Of a DNA stretch of 64,000 bases, positions 1 to 13,472 are shown piece by piece. The notes beneath the pieces are model-generated. The model searched no databases, was not told where the DNA came from, and saw only the letters and a list, made by a program, of their open reading frames with translations. Source of the DNA: Lama glama (lineage: Eukaryota); the NCBI GenBank assembly GCA_028534125.1, contig CM052818.1, positions 47,680,001-47,744,000 of the forward strand, written 5' to 3'. The position numbers and the translations under genes were made by a program. The first letter of the stretch is position 1. Each line of letters opens with the position of its first letter.

Positions 1-343
1 GTGGGAGCAGCGCGGTTGAAGGGGAAATGGCCTCCGGGAAGCCTGGGAGAGGGGGCTGGGCCTAACGGCCACCAGAGCAGGCGCACTGCCCAGGGCGGGG
101 GTCCCTGACCGCCCTGGGCTTGTCTGAGAGGAGGCCTCAAAGGACTCAGCCCCAGGACATCCCTTTTCCTTCCCACGCCCTTGACGGTCTGTGATGATTA
201 AGGTCAAAACCTTGTCTTGCTTAAGTGGGACTGGCGTCAGGATTCTGCACAAAACAGCCCTTACACCACCTGTACCATCGCTTACAGCCTTGAGCTCTGT
301 GCTTGTGGAAGGGTGGCCAAGGATTAACCCACCTTTTCTGCTA

Positions 344-540
344 TTTTTTTAATTTTATATATATATATGAAGTACAATCAGTTTACAAAGTTGTGTCAGT
401 TTCTGGTGCACAGCACAATGCTTCAGTCATACATGAACATACATATATTTGTTTTCATTCTTTTTCACTATAAGTTACACAAGATATTGCGTATAGTTCC
501 CTGTGCGCTGCAGTATAAACCTGTTGCTTATTTTATATGT
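344..540 (-). mobile_element. L1 3' terminal fragment
   Basis: T-rich tail followed by gaagtacaatcagtttacaaagttgtgtcagtttctggtgcacagc, homologous to the L1 3' end at ~8840. Confidence 0.75.
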
Positions 541-1107
541 AAATGATCCCTGTGTCTTCTTCACTGGCTTCAGATGTCAGGGGCGGGGGTGGGGGGCACC
601 CTTAAGAAGTGTGGCTTGTGTTCAGAATGAGCCCCTCACTAAACAGCAGTTGTGGTCCCAGCCTGCACCCAGCACTGGCTTCCTGGGGTCCCAGGTCCTG
701 CCTGGGAACATGACAGGTCAAGGCCGGTGAGCACCTGGCCCCAGACTCCATCTCTCCCACCGTGTCTTCCTTTCTTTTATCTCCTCTATTCACGGGTGTA
801 CCTTGTACTTAAACCCTACCACAGGGAGCTAAGCTGCATGTCAGCATTCCCAAGTTCCAACTCCTGAAATAGGCGGTTTTCATGTGTGCCCAAAGAGAGG
901 TAAACTCTGACTTCTTATTAATATTTCGTGATGTTTGGACTTTAAATGAACAACCCTGTCTGCAAAGAACCCACGCACGTGAGCAGTCTCAGCACAGCCA
1001 CGTGGAGTCCCCCAGCCTCAGAGGACGTCTGCGTGAGTCACTGGACGCCCCTGCGTTGTGGGTGCCGGGACCCGGGAGGGGTCAGGGTGCCGGCAACCTG
1101 CACTGCG

Positions 1108-1403
1108 CTGTTTCTGAAGTGTGGCCAATCTACAGTGTTGCGTTAGTCTCAGGTGTACAGTAAAGTGACTTGGTTACACACACACGTATATGCTTTTTAG
1201 GTTGTTTTCCATTACAGGTTTTTACAGTTGCCTATGCTCTACAGTAGGACGTTGTTGTTTTTCATCTGTTTCATACATTGTAGTTTGTATCTGCTGCTCC
1301 CAAACTCCTCGTTTATCCCTCCCCGCCACATCCCGCTTTCTGGTGACCATAGTTTGTTTCATATGCCTTTGAGTCCGTTTCTGTTTTGTAAATAAGTCCA
1401 TTG
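1108..1403 (-). mobile_element. L1 3' UTR fragment (GC-shifted)
   Basis: Collinear with the L1 at 8840-9135 (gaagtgtggccaatctacagtgttgcgttagtctcaggtgtacag ... tttgtaaataagt). Confidence 0.75.
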
Positions 1404-4400
1404 TTCTGTCGCTACCAGAATGAGCTGCAAGACAGCGGAGGGTCTCCTACAGCTTTGCGTCTCTCTCCAGGTGCCCCTGGGCAAACCCAGGGAGCTGCCT
1501 GTGTTCCACCACACGGCTTCTTGCTGAGCGTTGTCACCGAGAGATTGAAGGCTTGAGCGCCGGAGCCCGGCACAGCACAGAAGACTCCCCCGAGGCTGCG
1601 GTCCCGGAGACGAGGGGTTGTCCCTGCTCCCCTCCGCTCCTCCCGGGCGAGGAAGCCGCTCTGGCCGCCCGCTTTTGTGGGCTCGTCAGTGGCCGCCCCC
1701 CCGGGCCCAGTCCCACTGTCTCGCTTCCAGAAGAACAGGGGCTCAGCCCTTCAAGACACGCGGATGAGCTGCAGCCTTTTATGCGGCTCCGCGTTCATTT
1801 CAGAGTTCCGTTTGCCAAGTCTGTGTCTCCTGCGGGGCCTTTTCTCCTTTGGGCATGAGCATCCGTGAGCTGGCCGGGCCTGGCAGGGTTTCCTGCTGCA
1901 ACAGTGACGCCTGCTGTCGAGGACAGAGCTGGCGATTTTTCCCAGAGGCGTCTCCATGGGGCCACGATGGCTTTCAGACTTCCAGCTTCTGGAAGGATAT
2001 GTCAGCTCAGTTCACAGGAATAAGGACTGTTGAGATAAACGAGCAACGCCAAACAAGAGGCCAGGGACCTGCAGAGAAAATCACAGAGGGAAGAAAGCGC
2101 TTCTGCGTTGAAAAACAAAGAAATCAAAGACCCCTCTGGCAGGGCGTGAAGCCACCTGGCCACGATCTGCTGTGCCCGGAAAAACGGATGGAGCTGGCTC
2201 TTGACGCCAGGAATTCTGAGATGTCAGAGTGATCACAGCATCTCCTCGGGGACAGGGACACGGCGCCCTCTGCTTCTCTCTGGAGGCCAAGCCCAGCCTT
2301 CCTCAGAGCAGACCCTGGTCCTCCAAGGAACTGGTTTCTGCTGGTGGCCTTCCCTCAAGCAGAGAAGCGCCCGAGGTCCACCTGCCACCCTCCGGGGCAC
2401 AGGGAGCGGATGAGGAATGCCCTCTCTCCTCTGTCTTCCCTGCACAGGGCAAGTAAGTACTGGCTGTTGTCAGCTTGTCAAGTTTACGGTGTCCTCATGT
2501 TCAACGACACAGTCCCCCGATTTCTTTAAAACCCCTAGAAATTATAGCAGGAGACATTTATAATCAATGCCCATTTCACACTTGCCTGTAATCTTCGGAA
2601 ACAGTTCTGTTATTATGGATTTTAATTTGCCTTAAACTTTCAACTCAGGGAGGATTTGAAGTGCTGATGGCATATCAAATTCCTATCTTACAGTTTTTAA
2701 ATAAATAGACACATTTTTAAACAAACTGCTCTCGGGATAGTTGCATAAATACTTTCAAAATGATTATTTTGGGGTTCCAAAAATATTATCTTGCCTACAT
2801 GGATATGAAATTCAGCTTTTCTGCCGATACCCATAGGCAATTCATCAAATGAGTGTCATTGATACCTGAAAGGGAGGGGTGTTACTTTGGAGGTGGTGGT
2901 GCTGGTCTGAGGGTTAGCGGAAGTAGGCTGTCCAGGGTGAGTGAGCTGGGTGTCCTCAGACAGATGTCTTTGCCCCTCTGAGTCACAGTTCTATATGTGT
3001 CAAGTCAGGGACTCAGAGCATACTTCAAGAGTTTTCAAACTTTCATAAGAATCTATCTAACCCTGTATTTGTCATATACAAAAATATCTGCAGAGCAGCC
3101 TAGTTTTAAAATTGGAAAAGGTGGAGTCCTCACTTATTCGCCCAAAGTAGCCTTAAAAAGACTCCTTGGAAGCCCAAAGATCACCATGCACCAGTTTGCC
3201 AAGATGCTCTGACTGCCCGTCCCGCCCCAGGGAGTCTGTGGTCCACGAGCAACCGTCATATTCCAGGAAGAATGACAAGCTGCCGACCAACGTGTGTGCG
3301 CTCCCACCTGCGGAGCGAGGGTAACTCAGCCTGGGGGGGGGTTCCCGGCCCCTCGGAGAATGAGTGGTAAAAACTCACCTGGAAGAGCTTTAATTAGTGC
3401 AAAAATCTAAACAGTTGCTGCTTTAAGTAAAATAGGAAATAATTTCCCTTCCTTAGGCATCCTTCTCCTCAGATGTAAAATAAGCGATCAGATTAGGGGA
3501 TTATTAATAACACCTTGTTACCTCAGCATGATATATGGAACATGACCGTTTCATTTACTTTTGACATCTCCATGGTACCATCCTGAGCTCCGTTTTCTGG
3601 CTGAAGAAACAGGTATAGGGAGATTTTGTAGGTTGACCAGCGATGCCTGCCTGGGTGGTTCCAAACCCCTGCTCCTGTCATTTCTCGCCCGGTGCTTAAC
3701 CCATCACTTCCTGACGCCCCTCCTTCAACCACGCATGGTAGCTTCAAAATCTGTAATTCTACGATTCTCTGAAACACTGTCCTCACGTTCTCATAATGGA
3801 GAGTTGCAGCTTTGCACACAGATGTGAAGCCAATAATTTGGAGATTCCAGCATTTTTGTGTGTTACCCTGGCACTCCCTTCTCAGGCTCACATACATAAA
3901 AATATGAGCATCCCTGATCCACAGCAGCTGGACCACAGTGCAGGCTGCATCTTCAGGCAGGCTCTTCAAGGTGTTCCCGTCATGTCTTCTGGGGCCGCCT
4001 TGACCCCTCTCCTGCAGGCACGGGGCTTCACCAGTTCTGTTGGAGTCTCTCAGGAATGTGCCTTCATTCCTCCTCACACCTGGGCTGGACAGCACAGCAA
4101 GACTTCATTTTGTTGTTGTTATTTCCCATTTCCCATGTGCTTCTCTCGTTCATTTTAATTTCACTGATTCCCCCTTATCATTTAATACATTTTCCTCATT
4201 ATTGGCATCTGGGCTGAAGGCTGCAACACAAACACTGAAAAACCAAATCGAGATTAAAAAAAAAGAAAAAAGAGCAAAATATTCCCGTTTCAGATGGAGG
4301 AGCAGATGGGGCTCTTGGCACTTCAGAGGATTTAAATTGACCCTCTGCACCACGCAGGGGAAGGCAGACTGTCACTGCTGACAAGGAAACACGAAGAGAC

Positions 4401-6642
4401 CTGCTTTCCCATCAAACAGAGGAGCTTTCTGGAGCCCTTTTCTCTCGGCTGTTTGTGAAGAGAAGAAACCGTACGATTTATTCTCACTCTCTTGGAACCT
4501 GAAAATGCAGCTGTGGGACCCAGGAGAGCAGACTGCACGCTTCCCCTTCCACCTTGGTGATCTGGACCATCGACTTCTGAGCCTTGGTTTTGCCATTTGA
4601 AGATGTAATAAAAGCACCTGCCTCTCATCACTGTTGCATGAAGGAAGGTGAGTGCCAGGGCAAGTGCCCGACACACAACAGGTGTTCGATGTGTTGGATT
4701 TCTTTTCCCTTTTTTCATACATGGCCAGAGATGTGAATTTTTTAGAGGCTCTCTCTTCACAACTTTCTCTTTCACAGCTGGTAAAGATAAGGACCAGGTG
4801 GGTAGCTCTGACCTTCCCTTGGATGACATTTATAGAATAAGCACGATCTATACATAGGACAAGTGTGATCGGCATTTGAGACAGGAGTTCCTTATTTCAA
4901 ACAGGTTTTGAGCTTGCCTGCAAATCTTTAAAATATGGGAAACTTGGACAACCTTTAGTCACAAATCTTGAAGCTGTCCTCCTGTTCAGTTATCAAAATA
5001 TGTTCCAAATCTCTATGTCTATCCATTTTGAGCTATTCTAAGTGCTGACTTCTTTTGATTGGTGTGAACTGTTCATTTTAATAATAAAAAAAATCTGCTT
5101 TAAACAAATCGAACTTCGCACTTGTTACTAAAAAAACGGCGTAAGCTAAGTGTAGCTAGATTAGTTGAAGGATTACTTGATGATAAAATACTACAATCTC
5201 ATAGCAAGAAAATCTACTTGGGAGATTTACAAATGAAAGTGTGTATTAGAAAGACTGTGAGAGAACGAAAACGATACAAGGAGAAAAGGAGTGAGAATGA
5301 AAGGAGAGAGAGGAAACTTTGGTGAATATGTCCTCTTTGAACTTCCTGCTGGACATCTGACTTCTCCATTTCAAACCCTTCATAGGTGCCTCGTTGCCCA
5401 CAGATGAATTCAGTCCCCAAGGTACAGCATGTAGGGACTTTTCTCACTAGTCTGCCCCAATTTTTCTACTCAATCCTGAATAAGTCCCTACATGTCCCCG
5501 TCACTGATGGTCGACCTCACCAAACCATCACACTCCCCAGACGATGCCCAGCATGGTGACTGCACATTGCATGTGCTCAGTGTCCATTGTTTATCCAAAC
5601 AAGGAGCTTAAAACTCACTGTATTTAAGTCAATGGTTTATTAAGGATGAAGATCACAGAAAATCCCGGAAATTCCACCTATTTCAGGAAACAGGAGTGAG
5701 GAGAGAGGCTGAGGCAGGACTGATTAGACTCCCATACGGAGGGCCAGACCTCCAGATCTGCTCCGCCCTCGGCACTGAGGCATCCACACTCCTCCATCCA
5801 GCTGGGATATGGGGCATTTCCCTGATGGCAAAAATCAAACTTGAGTCTCCGGACTTAGGAGTAAAGAGGAGAGAGAAGGTAAAGCACGAGGCTGAAGACA
5901 GAGGGAAAGAATGAAGTCAGCATGAGGAAGAGGAGGTCCTCCCAAATCCTTCTCTCCTTGTTCCCCAGCACACCACCGGCTGAGACGGAAGAACCAATCT
6001 CTTGAGAACTGATGTGTCTGAGAGAAAAAACACAGGTCCAAGGACACAGTCATATCCATCCAACCACCAATCACTCCAGGTGAAACTTGCCAGTTAACTA
6101 AGCCATACACGGAACTTCAGGCCAGCCGTTTAGTACTTGACCCTTAAATCAAAGCAGAAAGCCAAGAAGCACTAGGTAACTGGGGAAAACTGCCAACAGG
6201 AAGAGAAATCAAAACCTAAGAACAAGGTGAAAAGGAAGCCAAGGAGATGCAATGAGCAAAACAAATCTTTTAAAGCATATTTAATCAATATTCTCAAAGA
6301 GAATTGTCACATTGTTACATCAATGAAACAAGAACAGAATGCTGTTAAATATGAACGATCAGAGAACAGAGCCCTTAGAAGTTGAAACTATAATCTACAA
6401 AGTTTAAAACTCAATAAAAGGGTTGGAAGAAAATTTGAGAACATCTCCCAGAAAAATGTAATAAAAATTATGGGAAATGGGAGATAGAGAAGATACGAAA
6501 TTAAGAGAATTTATCTGAGAAATCAAATGTCTCAATAACAGGAGTTCCAGAAAACACGAAGTAAATGGAAGGGATGGATTATTAAAGCAGTAGTAGATGA
6601 AAATGTCTCAGAATCAAAGAACTGCAGCTCCGACTGCGTGAC

Positions 6643-7089
6643 TGTGGTGGGCTGAGTGTTAGCTCCCCGCACCCAACAAAATCTGTGTCCTAATACCTGG
6701 AAGCTGTGAATGTTATATATTTTTTTAAGTATTTGAAAATGTATGAAATGAAAATTAAGCTAAGGATCTGGAGTTGGGGAAATGATCCTGGGTTATCTAG
6801 GTGGGTCCTAATGCAATCACGAGTGGATTTGTAAGGGGGAGGCTGAAGGAGGTTTGGTATGCACAGAAGAGAAGGCACTGTCACCACAGAGGCAGAGACT
6901 GGAGCGATGCAGCCACAAGCCAAGGAACGCTGGCAGCCACCAGAGGCCAGAAGGGGCAAGGACAGAGCCCTGCCTGGGCTTGGATTTCAGTTCAGGGAAA
7001 CTGAGTTCAGGCTATTGGCCACCAGAACTTAAGAAAATAAATTTTTTAAGCCACCCAGTTAGCGGTCATTGTCACAGGAAACTAATAAA
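6643..7089 (+). mobile_element. MaLR solo LTR (MLT1D-like) with 5-bp TSD
   Basis: Begins tgtggtgggctga and ends ggaaactaataaa; internal MLT1 motifs (atcctgggttatctaggtgggtcctaatgcaatcac; cagccacaagccaaggaa). Flanked by gtgac (6638-6642) and gcgac (7090-7094). Confidence 0.8.
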
Positions 7090-7100
7090 GCGACCTACTC

Positions 7101-7190
7101 AATAAATGAATATATATGTATGAATAAATGAATATGTATATATATGAATAAATGAATGTGTATATATATGAATAAATGAATATGTATATA
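7101..7190 (+). repeat. AT-rich minisatellite, ~4 copies of a 22-24 bp unit AATAAATGAATATGTATATATATG
   Basis: Units start at 7101, 7123, 7147 and 7171. Confidence 0.9.
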
Positions 7191-8824
7191 CAGCCACAGC
7201 AAAAAAACACCATGGCAAAATTTCAAAATGCCAAGTTAAACATAAGAGATTAAAAGCTTTTCTGAGAGAAGAAACAAATATTTTCTGAGAAACGGGATTC
7301 AGACAGGAATCATCATAATAATGACTGCAACCCAATGCAGCAATATCTGCAGAATTGAATATTCTGAGGTTAAAATAATTTCTGATCTAAAATTCTATAT
7401 CCAACCAAAAAAATACTGGCCCCCAATAATGATATTTTTGGCAAGCAATATCTCACGAAATGAACCTCTTCTGCACATTTTCTCGGGAAGATCCTGAAGA
7501 ATGTACTCAAACAAATAAAGAAGGAAACTCACCAAAAAGAGGAAATCATGGAGTTTTGGAGGAAGGTAAGCAAAATTAGGTGTGATTTAAAAAAATGACT
7601 TCCCAGGAAATTCGTGAAGGCAGGTTCCAAGATGAAAGCTTGACCAGAGACTCAGCGCAGAGCCGTCCGTGTTGAGCCAGGAGGATGGATGTTCTCACAT
7701 GGAAATCTCAGCTGTCCCACAGTGGAATTCATGCATTTCCTACGTGTGGGGTGATACTGACTGTGATGCTAAACCTTTTCTCAAAAATAATTATTGTGTA
7801 AGAAAATTATCATTATTATTGATTGAAATTAGAAAAAAATTTTGTCAAAGATACGTGTGGTGAACATACAGACGACACCTAAACCCTCATCTTTCATGAT
7901 TGAAATTAATAGAGAATGTTTTACATTTTAAACAGTAGAATAAATATATATTGTTTATAAATCTGGCGTTTTAAACCAGAAGTAAGGACAAGAAGAGTCT
8001 GAAGTATTCGCTCTGGGGCCCAGGGCAGGGGCTGTGAGTGAGGTCACAGTTTTTCCTAAGCTTTCATTACCCCGATTTTTGTAAATCATGCACACTTTTT
8101 ATTATGCATTTAAAAAAGGAAGGAAGAAAGAAAGAAATTTATGGGATCTCTCTACAAATAGAGTCCTAATCCAGCTTTATACATGACAGTAATTTTGCTA
8201 AATATGTGTATATATATATCCTGTTAATTCCTCTCCCTGCTCTCAAAATGCAATTCACAAAAGCCAGTTAAAGACAAAGAAACCGAAGTTTAGAGAAATT
8301 GGGTTGTGTATCCAACATGGCAGAATAAGGAAGCCCACGACCTGTGACCTGTCTAATCTAGTGTATCGTGTCCTGTTGACCCAGCTCTCCTCCACTGGGG
8401 CTCTGCGTAGTGGCGTAGACCTTATTCTCTTGACTCCAGTAAGCATGTTCCCTTCCTGCTAGCTCTCACCTCTCCCTCTCCAGGGCACTAGGATGAAGGA
8501 CACCTGCAAATGCCGACATCATCAGGGTGACCAGCATTCTCAAGGATGATTTGCAGGCAACAGCTTCCACCTTCTATCTGTCCAGATGGGTCCTGGGCTG
8601 GCCAGGCCCTGCAGCGAAACAGAGGCCAAAGGCACCCAGATCTCAGCATGACCTTGAGTGATGCTGTTTCTTGCCAGGCGGTTTATTCAGGCAAAGAAGA
8701 AATGTGCTATTTCTCTGCTCTGCCGGGTATATGAAGTAGGGCTACGAAATGTCACGCCCCATCATTGCCCTCAAGTGGCACATGGACAGAAAGTAGGTAT
8801 CAACTGAGAACTAGTAAAACAAGG

Positions 8825-9635
8825 TGTTTTTATTTTTTTTATTGAAGTATAGTTGATTTACAATGTGTGTTAGTTTCTGGTGTACAGCATAGTGATTTGG
8901 TTATACACACACATATATATATATATATTATTTTTCACATTCTTTTCCATTATTGGGTATTACAAAATATTGACTATAGTCCCCTGTGCCATACTGTAGG
9001 ACTATTTTGTATAGAGTAGTTTGTATCTGCTAACCCCAAACTCCTAGTTTATCCCTCCCGAGACCTTTTCCCATTTGGTAACTGTAAGTTTGTTTTCTAT
9101 GTCTGTGAGTCTGTTTCAGCTTTGTAAATAAGTTTGTATCATTTTTTAGATTCCACATATAAGTCATATCATACATTTGTCTTTCTCTTTCTGGCTTACC
9201 TCACTTAGAATGAGGATCTCCAGGTCCATCTGTGTTGCAGCAAATGGCGTTGTTTTACCCTCTTTATGGCTTAGTAGTATTCTGTTGTAGAGATACGTTG
9301 CATCTTCTCTATCCAAGCATCTGTTGATGGACATCTGGTTTGCTTCCATGTCCTGGCTATTGTAAATAGCGCTGCTATGAACCTTGGGTGTGTGTATCTG
9401 TTCAAGTTAGAGTCTTTTCAAATATATGCCCAGGAGTCTGGTTGTTGGATTACATGGCAACCCTATTTTTAGTTTTCTGAGGAATCTCGTACTGTTTTCC
9501 ATAATGGCTGCACCAAATTACATCCCCCCAGCAGTGAAGGAGGGTTCCCCTTTCTCCACAGCCTCTCCAGCATTTATCATTTGTGAATTTTTTAATGATG
9601 GCCATTCTGACTGGTGTGAGCTGGTACCTCATTGT
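8825..9635 (-). mobile_element. 5'-truncated L1 (ORF2 C-terminus + 3' UTR + poly-A)
   Basis: Minus ORFs give L1 ORF2 C-terminal motifs ([15 protein letters not shown]...[16 protein letters not shown]; ...PFAATQMDLEILILSEVSQKEKDK). Poly-T at ~8827-8840. Degenerate TSD agtaaaacaagg (8813) / agaaaaacaagt (9636). Confidence 0.92.
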
Positions 9636-11354
9636 AGAAAAACAAGTTTTAGAGACTAAAACTTTGGAGCCTAGAGAAAGGAAAATTCACTTTTGGTCGA
9701 AATGTCAGAAAAGGCTTCATGGCGACGACAGTAGCATTTATCTGGGCTGTGGTGAACCGGCAGTGCCAGTCACGCCCCTGCGTCCCCACCGTGGGAAATG
9801 TCGCAGGCCCATCCTGACACCCGTCTGCAAAGCAGGCCTGACGGCGTCCTCCCGTGAACCTGCAGGGCCCACCGCTGGGTTACTCCTGGCTCTGTTTCTC
9901 CCTCTGGGATCTGAGCCCCTCAGGGCTTGGGATTCATCTTAATCAAAGACTAAAGGTTGCTGGGTGTTTATTAGAATCTATTAAAAATCCTTGCCAAATG
10001 AAAGGAAAAATGCCTGTGTGTTCCGGCCCATGAGCTCAGCTCCTCTCAGGGTCGCTGGGCTGTTTGACTGGGGCACTGGGCTGTCAGCGGGGCAGAGCCC
10101 GTTTCAGCAGAGGGCACTTCAGTGTAATTCAGGGGGCCCTGCCGTGCGTGGGCCTGAGGACACCAGCTGAGGTGAAGGGCCGTGGTCCGTTTCCAGCCCC
10201 CTGAGTCCCCAGGCTGGCCCAGGAGAACATGGAGTTTCCAATGGCTGAGAATTACTGTTTCCAATCTGTCATTTCAAAGAACGTTTTTGAAATTAGAATC
10301 TGATGTGAGAGGAAATGAAGGTGTTTTCCCTCCTAACTCAAGCCCGGTCCTTTCTTCTGGACGGCTAACCTCCTCAGAGGCCGAAACTTGAATGCCGGAC
10401 AACTCTGATACATCACTGGGGGTTCAACTGCTCCCAAGTGAAAAGACAGGTCTTCAAAAGTAAAACCCCAACCCTGGGGCTCATACCACGAGCCTGAGAA
10501 TTGCAGCCAGAACGGAAGAGTCTAGGGGGGGGGTGTGTTTGTGTGTGTGCGCATTTCCTTGGGAGCATTTTTCCTGATTTGGGGGAAGAGAAGCGTTTAT
10601 TTTTCCACTGCCATTCACACCAGCTGCCGCGAAGCAGCCGCAGAGGCTCCCAGTGCAGCACTCTGGCCGTAGATCACGGAGCCGGCCCTGCTGCAGATGG
10701 ACCCAGCAGCTGGCCAGAGAGGTGCTGGGCTCACCTCCCCCCACCCCGGGCTCCCCCGCCGCCCTCCCCAGATTTATGAAGCAGGAAGCAGCCAGCCAAA
10801 AAGCTACAGACAAAAAGCCAACTGCTCCTCTTCTTTTTTTTTTTTTCTTAAAGCCAACACACCTCGCACCGATCCTTAGCCACTAACCGGTGCAAGTGTC
10901 CATCACCTGCCAGTGTCGGGAAGCCAGCACCTTGGACCCCGAGGACAGCATTGTGTGCAGATGCAGTCAGGAACGCCCAGTCCGCGGAGTGTCTCACCGT
11001 CGGGGTCTGGGAAAGCTTGGGAGGCCGTAGTCACATTGAGGGTGCACTCGCTCTGAGCTTGACGCCTACAGATTTCCACACTGAATCACCGAGTGATGTT
11101 CGGGAGATAACAGATTAAGGATCGCTGAGCATTGTGCTCAGATTGACATAGTCATGGGGGGAGAGGGCTGTTTCTGAAAGAAAGCTCTAGAACTTTCTAG
11201 AACCCTGGGACTTCTTTACAAGCCTTCGGAATAAGCCATTTAATCGTTGGTGTATCAATTGTCTTTAACTGAGATTTAGATGGATTTTTTTTTTATGGTT
11301 TTAAGTCATCCCGGGATAGAGTTCAAAAATTCAAATTAGGTCTGGGGTGGAACT

Positions 11355-11460
11355 CCACCCTCTCATTTCACCGGTGAGAAAATCAAGGCCTTGAGAATCT
11401 AAACAGCTGGTCCAAGCTCACCCAAAACCTCTGAGGGAGAGCAGAGGGCAGAACCCAGCC
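11355..11460 (-). mobile_element. MIR fragment
   Basis: ctcatttcaccggtgagaaaatcaaggccttgaga...ccaagctcaccca resembles the MIR core. Confidence 0.5.
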
Positions 11461-13385
11461 TCCGAATAAGAACCCTTATTGTTTATGTATTTGTTTTTAA
11501 AGGTAATCACCCCGCCCAAAAAGCATGTCAGATACATAATGGACATGCCCAAGTTCCCCGATGTGGACCCAGGGGCCAGGAGTCATGACTTACAGACCCA
11601 CCGAGGCTGGCTACTCACTGCAGGCAACGTCAAGGGGACGGAGGGGAACTGACTGGGATAAATGAACTGACTTTAACTTTTCTAAGTGCAAAGGAGTTTT
11701 GCAGGGCTTGGAAATTGCTGCTTAAACATCTGGATTGTCGGGAGGTTAGGATGGCGTGTTAGAACTGTTACACGCCAGTGGGAGAAACCCCCCAAGGCTG
11801 CCGGTCTGTCAGCTACCCCGGGCTGGAGCCCGGCCAGGAGAGGGAGGCGCCACACCGCGCACCCGCCGGCTGGAGCCCCTAGGTCGCTCCTCTGCGGCCC
11901 GGCTCTCCTCGTCTGGCTCCTTCTACCAGCACTCTGCGGGGGGCCTGAACTTGAGCCCATGCCTTGCACACACCTTCTCTCTTCACACAAGTGGGAGGCT
12001 GGAGCGGAGCGTGGTTGCAGGAGTCCTCCAGTGTCGGCGCCCAAAGCAGGGCCGTGAGCGAGGCTGACAGCCAGCAAGGGGAGACGGCAGATGAACTGGC
12101 ATTTTCTTATCAGTGAGCTATGGGGCTTTACATGGGTGCATGAGGGCACAGCACTGGGCCAGGGGCATGGGTTTTCACAGAAGGGGCCTGACACATTTCT
12201 CAAAGCCCAGGTACAGAGGCAGCAACCTAACATGCAGGCAGAAAGAGCAGAGCTGTCCACGGAGTGGTCCGTGTCATGGCCTCAGTCAGTCCCCATCGTC
12301 TGATCCCATCGTCAGAGGCTGGGGTTCCGTGTGTGTCTGACAGGGTTGCAGTGGCCGTGATTTTCATTTGGGCCCTTGTTATAAAATGAGTTTCCTTTCA
12401 TTTCCACTGCACTGGAGTCACTGGGTTCCTAGTTTCTCTTGCTCACCAGATTATAACGTCCTTTTACAAAGGTCCGCTGTGTCACCCCTGTGGCCAGCAT
12501 TAAGTAAGCCCTTACTGATAGTGATTGAACAAGTGATAACTGAACAGATATTTGAATTTGAACATTGTTGAGTGCTCTGCATCCCTCAAGTTCAGTTTTT
12601 TTTTTTACTGTCGAATGTTGAAGATCAAAAATGAACATTCTATAGCCTAACTAAGCTGTTGAAAAATAAATAGCTTAACTGTTTCAGAAAAGAGGAAAAC
12701 TGGTTTCTCTAATATGGCACACCTCTTTCTCAGCCGTGGAGTTCTCGTTCTTACAGTAGCTGCATCCTGGTATTATCAAGAGCTAAAAATGAAACACTGC
12801 CCCCTGCGTCTCAGCCTCAGGGATCCTGACTCGGTTCTCTGGGGCACAGGCCTGGTGCTGCTGGGCCCCAAAGCTCCCCGGGTTCCAGCGGGCAGTCAGG
12901 ACTGAGAACCGCCGATGGGGGGTGCTGCGTGGCCCTTCTTTGGGTAACGGGCCACCGGACTCCACCCATCTGCTTCTGGACACACCAAGAAATAGAACTG
13001 TCTGCTTATGGGAGGCACTAGGTAGAAAGAACTCAGTCGTTAAAGTCACACAGATATGAGCTGAATTCTTGAATTTGATCAAAAATATGTTTTAAACTTG
13101 TCAAAAGGAGAGATTACACCCCAGCCATAGCTGTATTCCTTGGGACACTCTGCACATACCAGGCGCCCATTAAACATTTGTAGAATTTAAATAAGATAAA
13201 GAATCATGACTTACATGACTTACATTTCTGTCCCAGATGTCCTTAAAGTGTCTGACACTCACTTCAACACAAAGAAGCCACAAGCTGCTATGACAGCCAA
13301 CAGCTGTGGCAACGCTATCACGATATTCCATTGAAATTGCATAGCTCCACTGAAAAAAAAATCACATGGTGGAGCCTGAGAGCTT

Positions 13386-13472
13386 GGTGGTGGTGGTGGT
13401 GGTGGTGGCGGCGGCGGCGGTGGCAGCGGTGGCAGTGGTGGTGGTGGTCGCGGTGGTGGTGGCGGTGGTGGC
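13386..13472 (+). repeat. Interrupted (GGT/GGC)n trinucleotide repeat, 29 triplets
   Basis: (ggt)7(ggc)4 followed by mixed ggt/ggc/agc/agt/cgc triplets. Confidence 0.95.

Larger units (their letters stand above)
6100..8110 (+). mobile_element. Ancient L1 (L1M-type) ORF1-region relic, interrupted by an LTR and a minisatellite
   Basis: A-rich plus strand with L1 ORF1-like tracts (caatgaaacaagaacagaatgctg, aaactcaataaaagggttggaaga, taacaggagttccagaa, aaattctatatccaaccaaa). No intact frame. Boundaries approximate. Confidence 0.55.

Noticed and set aside
7101..7190. Regularly spaced direct repeats (CRISPR-like at a glance)
   Set aside because: Head-to-tail AT-rich minisatellite with no unique spacers, in mammalian DNA.
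9164..9632. L1 ORF2-like peptides as a possible gene
   Set aside because: 5'-truncated, frame-disrupted L1 fragment.
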